Origin: a virus
IMG/VR virus record: IMGVR_UViG_3300033552_000001
Span: 66,131-130,130 of that record
Direction: 5' to 3' (one strand)
DNA length: 64,000 nt
Shown: positions 20,056 through 28,633 of the stretch, piece by piece
How the letters are laid out: the number at the start of each line of letters is the position of its first letter
Numbering within the stretch: position 1 is the first letter of the stretch
The notes under the pieces: generated by a model
The model's database searches: none
What the model saw: the letters and a program-made list of their open reading frames with translations, nothing else
What the model was told of the DNA's origin: nothing
Translations under genes and position numbers: made by a program

Positions 20056-20610
20056 ATGAACTTTACAAAAAAAGACTTTGAAGAATTTAAAATAGTTAAT
20101 ACTGATTTATATTTAAATTGGTTTAATTTGTATTGTGTAGAGTTTAAAATTAATACAGCAGATAGATTACTTTGCTTCCTGCCTAATTTACTACATGAAT
20201 CTAATAATTTTGAATGGGTTAAAGAAATTTTACCTAAAAACAATCCTATTTATGTAAAAAAACTTGGTAATTATTTTGGCAGAGGGCTTATGCAAGTCAC
20301 TCATCAAAAAAACTATAAATTATTTAATGATTGGTGTAATTTAAATATTAAAGAATTTAATAAAGATTTTATTAAAAACCCTGAATTATTACAAACTCCA
20401 CAATATGCTGTATTATCGGCATTTTGGTTTTGGAAAAGTAATAATTTAGAAAAATATGCGGACAGAAAAGATTTTTTAAATGTATGCTCATTAATTAATA
20501 CAGGCAGAATACAAAAGCCTTCAAAGCCACATAAAATAAATGGATTGGATGACAGAATTAAAAAGTATGCAGTCATTGAAAAATGGTGCATTAAAAACAA
20601 AATAACATAA
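20056..20610 (+). CDS. GH19 (chitinase-like) endolysin
   Basis: LHESNNF..VKE, YFGRGLMQVTHQKNY, PELL, SAFWFW, IN.G..NGLDDR. Confidence 0.9.
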   Translation: MNFTKKDFEEFKIVNTDLYLNWFNLYCVEFKINTADRLLCFLPNLLHESNNFEWVKEILPKNNPIYVKKLGNYFGRGLMQVTHQKNYKLFNDWCNLNIKEFNKDFIKNPELLQTPQYAVLSAFWFWKSNNLEKYADRKDFLNVCSLINTGRIQKPSKPHKINGLDDRIKKYAVIEKWCIKNKIT

Positions 20611-20828
20611 TGCATAATTGTCAAACTTGTGGTTGTAATAGCCATTCAACTTGTAATTGTAATACTCCTATAATTGCAAGACCAGTAGGTCAAATATCTG
20701 GTGAATTATTAGGAAGTAATCAAATTGCTTTAATTCAAAATGGAGCAGTAATTGGTACAATTCCTGTGGTATCATCAGGAGGAACAACAGATATATTAGA
20801 TGCTTTTGGTGATGTAATCCCTAATTAA
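20610..20828 (+). CDS. Small Cys-rich protein, likely structural
   Basis: MHNCQTCGCNSHSTCNCN; coupled to the lysin gene by TAATG. Confidence 0.45.
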   Translation: MHNCQTCGCNSHSTCNCNTPIIARPVGQISGELLGSNQIALIQNGAVIGTIPVVSSGGTTDILDAFGDVIPN

Positions 20829-20829
20829 A

Positions 20830-21114
20830 ATGAAAACAGACAAACCTTTTATAGAAACAGTATATCTTGATGAATTATATCCTGTTATTATAGGAAATGC
20901 AACAGGATATAATATTATAAATGTTTATGATGAGAATTTTCTATTGGTTAAATCAATAGCAAATCTTTACAATAAATTTATAATAAACTTAGATGATGTA
21001 ATAGTAAACAGTTCTGCTTTTACATTTACAGCTACCAGTCCTGGTAAAACAGAAAGTAATTACAGCAGAATATTAACAAAAAGAACTTATTTAACAGGAT
21101 GTCAAAACAAGTAG
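20830..21114 (+). CDS. Hypothetical protein in tail operon
   Basis: Contiguous operon packing. Confidence 0.5.
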   Translation: MKTDKPFIETVYLDELYPVIIGNATGYNIINVYDENFLLVKSIANLYNKFIINLDDVIVNSSAFTFTATSPGKTESNYSRILTKRTYLTGCQNK

Positions 21115-21587
21115 TAATATTAAACAATCTATCAGATGGATTTTTTGATAAAGGTGTAAAGGAATCTAAAAAGGTTCAATATAAATTAGGAATGTCTATT
21201 TCAGAATTAAGAAGTACTAACCAAGTTCTTCCTGTTATATTTATTACTGATTCAGGAGTTGCTGGGAGTTTTAGACTTGATGTAGCAGATAGTATTACTC
21301 CTGATGATGGAGCTAATGTACTACTCTCTTTAAATGGAAAGAGATATAAAAGAGTAGGTGGCTTTACACAAAGAAAAGAAGTATTTATTAATTTAATAGC
21401 AGGAAATGATTCTGTGGTCTTACAATTTAAACCTTTTGATTTATCTACATTAGTAGTAAGTAGAAATGGATTTATTGTCAATGACTTTGGAATTAATAAT
21501 AAAACTATTACTTTTCTTACATCATTTGGAAATAGTTCAGGAGCTGCAATTGCTTCTGAAGAAATCATTGTAACTTACTCTAGCTAA
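21099..21587 (+). CDS. Small tail accessory protein with a tailspike-type N-module and a fibre-type C-module
   Basis: ITDSGVAGSFRLDVADSITPDDGANVLLSLNGKRYKR resembles 22569; LVVSRNGF...ITF...GNSSGA resembles the C-terminus of 21631. Confidence 0.55.
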   Translation: MSKQVVILNNLSDGFFDKGVKESKKVQYKLGMSISELRSTNQVLPVIFITDSGVAGSFRLDVADSITPDDGANVLLSLNGKRYKRVGGFTQRKEVFINLIAGNDSVVLQFKPFDLSTLVVSRNGFIVNDFGINNKTITFLTSFGNSSGAAIASEEIIVTYSS

Positions 21588-21630
21588 AATTAAAATTAAT
21601 TAACATAAATAACCAAATAAATAATAACCA

Positions 21631-22485
21631 ATGGCAAGAGCTAGAATTGGATTACAATTAGAGAAATCCACAACTGCAGGTAGTATTGTAAAAACTTCTG
21701 CAATTAATGAACAAGAGTATTTAAGTCCTGGTTCAAATGGGCAAGTATTAACAGTGGTAGCTGGTGTTCCAGCATGGGGAACAATTCCTTTTCCATCTGA
21801 ATTTGAGCAAGTAGCTAATAATGCAGCAAGACCAGTAACAGGATCATTAGATGTAATTTATTATGCAACTGCAGAAAATGTATTTAGTATTTGGACTGGA
21901 ACAGTTTATGTAACAGTACCATCTTCTCCTTCATTTACTCTTGCAGGTAATTCAGGAACTTCTCAAAGTATTGCCTCTGGAAGTACATTATCAGTATTAG
22001 CTTCTTTAGGATTTGCTACAGTAGCATCAGCCACAGGAATTGTTACTTTAACTCCTCCAGCAGGTGTTACTACAGGTAATGTAATGACTTGGAATGGTAC
22101 AATTTGGACATCAACAGCTCCTGCATCTTCTTCATTTACATTAGCAGGTGATACAGGTACTTCACAAACAGTAACTGGAGGTTCAACTGCTACTATTAAA
22201 GGTGGAGTTACATCAGGAGTTTTAGTAACAATGTCTGCTACAAATACAGCAACTATTACTTTAAAGAAACAAAGAGATGTATTTGCTCCAGTATCAGCAG
22301 CTACCACTGTTACATTAACTCAAACTCCTAATTTATCTACTCTTGAGATTTTTAGGAATGGTTTTTTACAGGATTTAACAACTGATTATACTGTTGCAGG
22401 TTTGGTAGTCACTTTTGTAGTAGCATTTAATGCTTCTTCAGGTGCAACAAATACAGAGTCTGTTTCAGCTATTTACAATTTTTAA
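21631..22485 (+). CDS. Short tail fibre protein
   Basis: GSNGQVLTVVAGVPAWG fibre motif; twice-repeated SFTLAG(N/D)(S/T)GTSQ motif; T/G/A/S-rich. Confidence 0.65.
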   Translation: MARARIGLQLEKSTTAGSIVKTSAINEQEYLSPGSNGQVLTVVAGVPAWGTIPFPSEFEQVANNAARPVTGSLDVIYYATAENVFSIWTGTVYVTVPSSPSFTLAGNSGTSQSIASGSTLSVLASLGFATVASATGIVTLTPPAGVTTGNVMTWNGTIWTSTAPASSSFTLAGDTGTSQTVTGGSTATIKGGVTSGVLVTMSATNTATITLKKQRDVFAPVSAATTVTLTQTPNLSTLEIFRNGFLQDLTTDYTVAGLVVTFVVAFNASSGATNTESVSAIYNF

Positions 22486-22504
22486 CAGGTAACATTTATA
22501 AATA

Positions 22505-22553
22505 TATATTATTTAGTTATATTTGTAGCTAATAAATATAACTAAATAATATA
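22505..22553. repeat. Perfect 20-bp inverted repeat with 9-bp spacer, overlapping a TATATTTG -7-like box
   Basis: TATATTATTTAGTTATATTT (22505-22524) gtagctaat AAATATAACTAAATAATATA (22534-22553); TAnnTTTG match at 22518-22525. Confidence 0.85.
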
Positions 22554-22568
22554 AAATAATTAAATATT

Positions 22569-24326
22569 ATGTCAAGAGCAAGATTAAATACACAATTAGA
22601 GGTTTCAAAACAACCTAATATGATATTAGCTTCTAATTCACAAAATGGAGCTAATGAAATGGTGTATAAGGAATTTAACACAACCTTAGCAAATTTAAAA
22701 ACATCAACAAATCTTTTTTATCCATTTGTAGTGATTACAGATATAGGTAAAGAAGGTATGTTTAAATATGATAGTACTGACACAACTTCTGTAAATGATG
22801 ACATTTACATGATTGTTGATGGTGCTGGTAAAAGATATAAAAGAACTTCTGATATTGTAGATACTAAATTACATAAAGTGTTAACAATTGCTAATTTACA
22901 AACATATACTCAATCTATACTTTCTTATTTTGATGGAAGTATTTGGGAAAAAAAGGGAGGTAATGTAGTAAGTAATGGTGGTACTTTTGCTGGTACAATT
23001 ATACAAGTCAATACTTCATTTTATTGGGAAAGAAAGGTTGAGAATTATGTATATCCAGAATGGTTTGGTGCTAATACTGCAAATACTAATAACAGTGCTG
23101 AATTACAAAAAACTATAGATTATGCTATTGCAAATAATTTTTCTGTTAAGTTGACAAGAAAAGCAGGAGGTAGTTTGGGTCTTTATAAAATAACATCACC
23201 TTTAACTATTAGTAATAGAATTTCAATTATTGGAGATGGTATCAATTATTGTGGTATATTTTGCATTGGTTGTCATGGATTTGTTATTAGTGAGGGGGTT
23301 AATAATGTTACAATAAAAGATTTAGCAATAATTGCAGGTACAAGATATACAACAACTGTTCATAACTTTATTGCTATACAAACTTTAGGTACTTTTGCTT
23401 CTCAAAACTATTGGCATATTTATAAAGATTTATTTCTTGATGGTTTTAGATGGGGAATACAATGTCCATATACTTGGTCTACTACAATTAACAGTGTTAC
23501 AAGTGTTTTTTGTGGTGGTGGTATTAATGCCCCAGGACAATCAGTCAATAACTTTGTTTCTCAATGTCAATTCACAGGAAATAATGAATCTGCTTCTATT
23601 GGTATTCAGCTTGGTGATGGTGCAATGGTTATTGAAGGTTGGGGAATTACAGATTGTTTAATTGCAAATTTTGCAGTAGGAATACAAATCAATGGAGGAA
23701 GTAATATCACCATCAGAGGAAATATCATTGATTTCTTTTCACAAAGAGGAATTTTCCTTCAAAGTAATGCTATTGGAGCTTCTATGAATTGTACTATTTC
23801 AGAAAACTATTTGGCTTGTAGTGCTGTAGGTTCAACAGGTATTTGGTTATTAAATAATTTTGCAGGCTCAATTTCACAAAACAGAGGTAATACTATTAGT
23901 GATAATCAAATTCTTTTTTACAGTCCAAGTTCATTAGCTTATGGAATTTATGTTTCAGGAACAGCTGAAATAAGCAATACAATTACAGGAAATAAAATTG
24001 AAGCTACTTCATTTGATTTAAGAGTGACTACAGGAATTAACACTGTTGTATCCAATAATAATTTTAAAGGAGCTGGTTATTTTGGAGATATTGCTGTTAA
24101 TTATTATGGAAATAGAGGAATTATCCAATCAAGTGCTGTTACTTTATTTCAATCAAACGGAAAAACAAAAATTTATTATGATAGTGTAATTCCAACAACA
24201 GGAACTTATACAATAGGAGATATATTATATAATGTAACTCCAGCTCCTTCTGTTTATGTTGGATGGGTATGTACTGTAAGTGGGACTCCTGGAACATGGA
24301 AAGGATTTGGACTAATACAAACATAA
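22569..24326 (+). CDS. Tailspike with right-handed beta-helix (pectate-lyase-like polysaccharide depolymerase)
   Basis: N-terminal G.F.YD..D...DD..IV...GKRYKR module; YVYPEWFGA...NSAELQKTIDYA start of Pectate_lyase_3-type helix; Asn/Cys ladders; C-terminal PTTGTYTIGD...GWVCTVSGTPGTW. Confidence 0.85.
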   Translation: MSRARLNTQLEVSKQPNMILASNSQNGANEMVYKEFNTTLANLKTSTNLFYPFVVITDIGKEGMFKYDSTDTTSVNDDIYMIVDGAGKRYKRTSDIVDTKLHKVLTIANLQTYTQSILSYFDGSIWEKKGGNVVSNGGTFAGTIIQVNTSFYWERKVENYVYPEWFGANTANTNNSAELQKTIDYAIANNFSVKLTRKAGGSLGLYKITSPLTISNRISIIGDGINYCGIFCIGCHGFVISEGVNNVTIKDLAIIAGTRYTTTVHNFIAIQTLGTFASQNYWHIYKDLFLDGFRWGIQCPYTWSTTINSVTSVFCGGGINAPGQSVNNFVSQCQFTGNNESASIGIQLGDGAMVIEGWGITDCLIANFAVGIQINGGSNITIRGNIIDFFSQRGIFLQSNAIGASMNCTISENYLACSAVGSTGIWLLNNFAGSISQNRGNTISDNQILFYSPSSLAYGIYVSGTAEISNTITGNKIEATSFDLRVTTGINTVVSNNNFKGAGYFGDIAVNYYGNRGIIQSSAVTLFQSNGKTKIYYDSVIPTTGTYTIGDILYNVTPAPSVYVGWVCTVSGTPGTWKGFGLIQT

Positions 24327-24361
24327 ATAATACAATAACAATTTAAACTAAATAAAAAAAA

Positions 24362-24892
24362 ATGGCAAAGGCAAGAAGTCACAATTCAGAATGTGCAATG
24401 TGTTGTAATCCAACACCAACAGAAGTTTACAAACATCTTCCAGGATTTGTAAATTTATTATGTGGAGTTTCCTCTAAATTAGGAGAAGGTTTTACAGTAA
24501 CTGGAACAGGAGCATTAGTTAAAGCAACTTCTCCAACTTTAGTAACTCCTATTTTAGGATTGGCATCAGCTACTGGTGTAGTTGTAACTAAGTCAAGTGC
24601 TTCACAAAGTACTTCTACTACAACAGGAGTAACAGCTAATGGTAATGCAGGTGTAATTACTACATTTGCTCAAACATTGCTTTCTAATACAAGCACATCA
24701 TTTACAATTAGTAATTCATCAGTAACTGCAACATCAGTTATTCAATTAACAATTGATGATGGTGTTTCAACTGGTAATGCAATTTTAAAAGTGGGTACAG
24801 TAGCTGCTGGAAGTTTTGTAGTTAAAATTTATAATGCACATCCAACAGTAGCTTTAAATAGTGCTGTTAAAATTCATTATTTAATTTCTTAA
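24362..24892 (+). CDS. Small tail-associated beta-sandwich protein
   Basis: GVITT...TSFTISNSSVTATSVIQLT...AGSFVVKIYN; Cys-rich N-terminus. Confidence 0.5.
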   Translation: MAKARSHNSECAMCCNPTPTEVYKHLPGFVNLLCGVSSKLGEGFTVTGTGALVKATSPTLVTPILGLASATGVVVTKSSASQSTSTTTGVTANGNAGVITTFAQTLLSNTSTSFTISNSSVTATSVIQLTIDDGVSTGNAILKVGTVAAGSFVVKIYNAHPTVALNSAVKIHYLIS

Positions 24893-24896
24893 ATTA

Positions 24897-24945
24897 AAAA
24901 AAAAGGTAAGAAGGGGAAATATAATTTTCCCCTTCTTTATTTTTT
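24897..24945. terminator. Bidirectional intrinsic terminator at the convergence of the two gene blocks
   Basis: AAGAAGGGGAAA-tataat-TTTCCCCTTCTT with an A run upstream and a T run downstream. Confidence 0.85.
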
Positions 24946-25210
24946 ATATTTTAAAATAATCAATTTCAAAACTATCATCAATATATTCTGCTTCTAATAA
25001 ATCAAAATTCTTATCATTTCTTATTGAATCAGGAATAGGTAATTCAGATAAAACATCTTCATTTATTTCTTGTAATTTATACAAAAGACTATTATTTATA
25101 CAAGTTAAATACTCATCATGTTTAAAGTGCTCTTCAATTTCTTCATTAATTTCCAATTCAACTTCTTTTACATATTGAACTGTATAATATACATTTAATT
25201 TATGTTTCAT
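24944..25210 (-). CDS. Hypothetical acidic protein
   Basis: Last ORF before the terminator. Confidence 0.55.
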   Translation of the reverse strand: MKHKLNVYYTVQYVKEVELEINEEIEEHFKHDEYLTCINNSLLYKLQEINEDVLSELPIPDSIRNDKNFDLLEAEYIDDSFEIDYFKI

Positions 25211-25228
25211 TATTATCTTGTTTTAATT

Positions 25229-25612
25229 TTATCCAATTGTAAATCCTGTATCTTCTTCATCTGGATTTATATAGATTTCTTTTATTTCAACATGATTACA
25301 TTGATTAATACCACTTTTCTTTATTGATATTTTACTTGTGTAATATTTATTATAATAAAGTTTATTCATATAAAAATCCCAAAAAACATATCCTATTTTT
25401 CTATATCCCTCTTTATAGTCTATATAAATTTTATAAGATTTTTTAAGTATATCATGTTGGTTTCCTTTTAAAAAATAAAAAGTATCTAATTTACTGTTTA
25501 AAACATTATTTAAATCCTTTTTATTATTATGAATTGTTTTTCTATTCCAAGTATGAGTAATTCTTTTATAATTATCATACTTTAACAATATAATTTTTCC
25601 TACATGTGTCAT
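25229..25612 (-). CDS. Hypothetical basic protein
   Basis: ATGA-coupled operon packing. Confidence 0.5.
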   Translation of the reverse strand: MTHVGKIILLKYDNYKRITHTWNRKTIHNNKKDLNNVLNSKLDTFYFLKGNQHDILKKSYKIYIDYKEGYRKIGYVFWDFYMNKLYYNKYYTSKISIKKSGINQCNHVEIKEIYINPDEEDTGFTIG

Positions 25613-25872
25613 ATCTCTATACTATCTTTATCTAATTGTAAAATTGATTCTTTTAATACATATACTTTAATATTATCTTCTCTAAATAATCCAGCTCTTT
25701 CAGAAGTATCAATAATATTATAATCAGCATCAGCATAATCACTTGCTTCAATTAAAGTCTTTTGCCTCACTAATTTCATTAATTCTATACAATTATCTAA
25801 ATCTACTACTTTACTTCCATCTTTTGTATGATGGTATTCTGTTTCTAGTAATTCTTCAAATGTTTTTCTCAT
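25609..25872 (-). CDS. Hypothetical protein (resembles 50745..50987)
   Basis: KTLIEASDYADA...YVLKESILQL is similar to KAICFESAEL...IDENSIIN. Confidence 0.55.
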   Translation of the reverse strand: MRKTFEELLETEYHHTKDGSKVVDLDNCIELMKLVRQKTLIEASDYADADYNIIDTSERAGLFREDNIKVYVLKESILQLDKDSIEI

Positions 25873-25876
25873 GATT

Positions 25877-26092
25877 CTATATTTTTCTAATTAAACTTCC
25901 TTTATAAAATATTAACACTGTTTTTTGTTCTACATTCACATCTTCATCTTCTTTCTCTTTATCAATTGATTCTTTTAAATCAAAATTACTCATTGATCTA
26001 ATTTTCTTAATAGCGGACATTTCATATTTGCTTTCAATATTAATTTCTCCTTTTTGGTTACTTCTGTAACTATCAAATTTATAGTTTTGCAT
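25877..26092 (-). CDS. Hypothetical protein
   Basis: Operon packing. Confidence 0.45.
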   Translation of the reverse strand: MQNYKFDSYRSNQKGEINIESKYEMSAIKKIRSMSNFDLKESIDKEKEDEDVNVEQKTVLIFYKGSLIRKI

Positions 26093-26093
26093 T

Positions 26094-26387
26094 TTATTTT
26101 ATGATTAATTGTTTGATTTCTTTTAATTTGTGAATTAGCTGAACTGGTATTTTATTTAATATTTCTATTATTTGATTATTGGCATTATCTAATCTATGCA
26201 TTCCTGTAACATTATTTATAAACAAAACAGTTCTTTTTTTATCATATTTTTTATATATAATTAAAAAGCCAACTCTATATTTCTTACAAATATATACTAC
26301 TTCTTCTTGTAATAATTCTAAAATCTCATCCTCTAAATTAATATATAAATCTGATTTATTCTTAATTTTTCTTTTATTTGTATTCAT
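26094..26387 (-). CDS. Hypothetical protein
   Basis: Operon packing. Confidence 0.5.
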   Translation of the reverse strand: MNTNKRKIKNKSDLYINLEDEILELLQEEVVYICKKYRVGFLIIYKKYDKKRTVLFINNVTGMHRLDNANNQIIEILNKIPVQLIHKLKEIKQLIIK

Positions 26388-26871
26388 TTAGAAACTCATC
26401 AAAAACTTCTTGTTTATATTGAACGACATTTCCTGTATAATTATTCCATCTTCTAAGCATTGATTCTAACACTTCAAATTGATATAATTTATTACCATTT
26501 GCAATCAATTCTAAATCAACACTTAATGATTCAATTTGATTATCATTTGCTTCAAAATATATCTTCATAAAATTAGAAAATATCTTCTTTTCAGTTTTCC
26601 ATAAATACTGAATATCATTTGTATTACCATCAAATTCATCTAATATACCAGATTCTTTTAATTGAACATCATCTGTTAATAAATTATAAACCCTTTTTTC
26701 AGCTTCAATTAAATATTGATTTTTATCTATTAATAAATTTAATAGTTTTTTATTTTCTTGTCTAAACCATTTACTATTTTTTAATAATGATTTTGCTTGT
26801 TCAACAAAAAAGGATGCCACAAATAATAATGACATCCCTTTACCAAATTCTTCTTCTGTTTTATTTCTCAT
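26374..26871 (-). CDS. Hypothetical helical protein
   Basis: ATGA-coupled, 165 aa. Confidence 0.6.
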   Translation of the reverse strand: MRNKTEEEFGKGMSLLFVASFFVEQAKSLLKNSKWFRQENKKLLNLLIDKNQYLIEAEKRVYNLLTDDVQLKESGILDEFDGNTNDIQYLWKTEKKIFSNFMKIYFEANDNQIESLSVDLELIANGNKLYQFEVLESMLRRWNNYTGNVVQYKQEVFDEFLNEYK

Positions 26872-27116
26872 TTTATTGTTAGATATAATTTATTAATATA
26901 CTCTACATATCTGTTTTCACAGAACTCTAATAAAGATTTATATGATTTTTTAACATGTTTGCCAGATTGCCATATTGGATATTCACCTAAGTAAATTCCT
27001 TTATACTCTCCACGATGATGTAAATAAAATTCAAAACCTTCATCAAAATTATTATCTTTTTTAAAATAAATTAAATTTAATTTATCCAATACTTTTATAA
27101 CTGTTTCTTCTGTCAT
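26868..27116 (-). CDS. Hypothetical protein
   Basis: ATGA-coupled. Confidence 0.5.
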   Translation of the reverse strand: MTEETVIKVLDKLNLIYFKKDNNFDEGFEFYLHHRGEYKGIYLGEYPIWQSGKHVKKSYKSLLEFCENRYVEYINKLYLTIK

Positions 27117-27307
27117 TTTATTTTAGTTATATTCCATTTACAAAAAATATATGTTTCTCCTTGATTTTGAAAATTAGGGCAATTTACATCCCATTTATAA
27201 TAACCATACCAATATTTACTTCTGATGAATAAGTAGTCACCATGTATATATCTACCTTTAAAAGTAAACAATTTGATTAGTTTCTTTTTGTATTTATTAA
27301 TGTTCAT
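27113..27307 (-). CDS. Hypothetical aromatic-rich protein
   Basis: Operon packing. Confidence 0.45.
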   Translation of the reverse strand: MNINKYKKKLIKLFTFKGRYIHGDYLFIRSKYWYGYYKWDVNCPNFQNQGETYIFCKWNITKIK

Positions 27308-27308
27308 T

Positions 27309-27545
27309 TTATAATTTATTTAGTTGAACCTTCACAGCATCCCAATAATCAAATACATGACTAGGAATATCTATATAGTCATCATTTATATTAATTATTT
27401 GATCTATAATTTCATCAACTGTATTAATTGCAAGTTGCTTACTTAAAATATTAATTAATATTTCTTCTGATGAATCACTATCTATATCAAATAATATCAT
27501 ATAATTATCATGATATAATTGATCACACTTTTCTTTTGGAGTCAT
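27309..27545 (-). CDS. Small helical phage protein, MTPKEK...YW..V...L family (copy 3)
   Basis: MTPKEKCDQL...AINTVDEII...YWDAVKVQLNKL. Confidence 0.65.
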   Translation of the reverse strand: MTPKEKCDQLYHDNYMILFDIDSDSSEEILINILSKQLAINTVDEIIDQIININDDYIDIPSHVFDYWDAVKVQLNKL

Positions 27546-27557
27546 TTTATTTTTATT

Positions 27558-27743
27558 TTATAATTTATTTAATTCAATTTCAACTTCAGCCCAATATTCC
27601 CAAGTTTCTTGTATATCAGGTAAAACATTATAAATTTCATTTACACAAAGTAATGCACAAGCTTTATTATAACTATCACATTGCATACTTACATTTCTAA
27701 ATTTATCAAGTAGTTCCTTTGCTTTTTGTTCTGGATTGTTCAT
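27558..27743 (-). CDS. Same family (copy 2)
   Basis: PEQKAKELLDKF...CALLCVNEI...YWAEVEIELNKL. Confidence 0.65.
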   Translation of the reverse strand: MNNPEQKAKELLDKFRNVSMQCDSYNKACALLCVNEIYNVLPDIQETWEYWAEVEIELNKL

Positions 27744-27919
27744 AAGTTATTTATTTCTGTTATTACATCATTCCAATATACTAAATTACCATTAAGAGGA
27801 TTTGAATTAATAATTTCATTTACACATTTTATTGCACATTGTTTTGCATTTTCATGGTGATAATAATTTAATGAAAATTTATCAACCAATTGTTCTGCTT
27901 TGAATTTTGCTTTCATCAT
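27740..27919 (-). CDS. Same family (copy 1); 59 aa, missing from the ORF track
   Basis: MMKAKFKAEQLVDKF...AKQCAIKCVNEII...YWNDVITEINNL; ATGA overlap with 27743. Confidence 0.65.
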   Translation of the reverse strand: MMKAKFKAEQLVDKFSLNYYHHENAKQCAIKCVNEIINSNPLNGNLVYWNDVITEINNL

Positions 27920-28235
27920 AAGTTTGTTTTAATTCTTGTTGAAATTCTATTTCTTCTATTTCTACTTTTTCAAGTAATGGATTTCCAAGTAAATCAGAAA
28001 ATCTTTTTATATGAAAAGTTTGCTCAATAAGAACATTATCATAATAACCAATAGGAACATTAGGATTAATAATTTCTTGTACTGTTAGTCCCCAATCTCC
28101 ATTTGAATGTTGTTTTTTGTATCTTAAATTATATATTTTTCCTTCAACAGGAAAAACAACATTATATTTATTAAAAAACTCTAAATGTTCTTTTGAATAT
28201 TTAGAGTTAATACATAAAATTTCTGTGTTATTCAT
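27882..28235 (-). CDS. Hypothetical protein (SH3/KOW-like)
   Basis: LCINSK...PVEGKIY...GLTVQEI.NP...F...RF pattern. Confidence 0.55.
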   Translation of the reverse strand: MNNTEILCINSKYSKEHLEFFNKYNVVFPVEGKIYNLRYKKQHSNGDWGLTVQEIINPNVPIGYYDNVLIEQTFHIKRFSDLLGNPLLEKVEIEEIEFQQELKQTYDESKIQSRTIG

Positions 28236-28632
28236 TTTCTTGATTTAATCTTGGTGGAGTCAATGAAAAATGATTATAAGATCCATTTTTTGTACTTTTA
28301 AATTTATAATCATTATCATTATCATTTATTTTTTCTAATACAGAATATAAACAAGAATTAAATTGTAAATCATCCCAAAAATATCCCCTACTACCGATTT
28401 CAAATTCTTGAACAGGTCTTTCATTACTATACCCATCTAATGTATATTCTGTAAAAGAAAGAGTTTTAAGTGTTTCTTCATAGTAATAAAAATATGTTTT
28501 ATGCCTATCTTTACATCTTTTTTCAGTTATTACTTCTACTTTATGGTCTTCTTGCTCACTTAATGCTTCTACAACCATCCATCCATGTCTATAATCAAAT
28601 ACTTTATCTCCTATTTTAAAGTTATGTCTCAT
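28228..28632 (-). CDS. Hypothetical protein with FKIGDKV (KOW-like) N-terminus
   Basis: NFKIGDKVFDYRHGW; similar to 53911..54138. Confidence 0.55.
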   Translation of the reverse strand: MRHNFKIGDKVFDYRHGWMVVEALSEQEDHKVEVITEKRCKDRHKTYFYYYEETLKTLSFTEYTLDGYSNERPVQEFEIGSRGYFWDDLQFNSCLYSVLEKINDNDNDYKFKSTKNGSYNHFSLTPPRLNQENE

Positions 28633-28633
28633 C

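Noticed and set aside
19008-20056. Group I intron hosting the GIY-YIG endonuclease
   Set aside because: Only 64 bp upstream and 2 bp downstream, and the flanking genes are complete; no room for intron core elements
2111-24324. Alternative-frame and antisense ORFs inside the large + strand genes (e.g. 2111+, 2187-, 4688-, 7373-, 8423-, 17683-, 21176-, 21963-, 23395+)
   Set aside because: They lie wholly within well-supported genes, and their Leu/Ser/Phe-rich composition is typical of shadows of AT-rich coding DNA
13232-24892. Diversity-generating retroelement or invertible shufflon acting on fibre genes
   Set aside because: No reverse transcriptase or recombinase and no near-identical TR/VR pair; the repeats are old protein-level duplications
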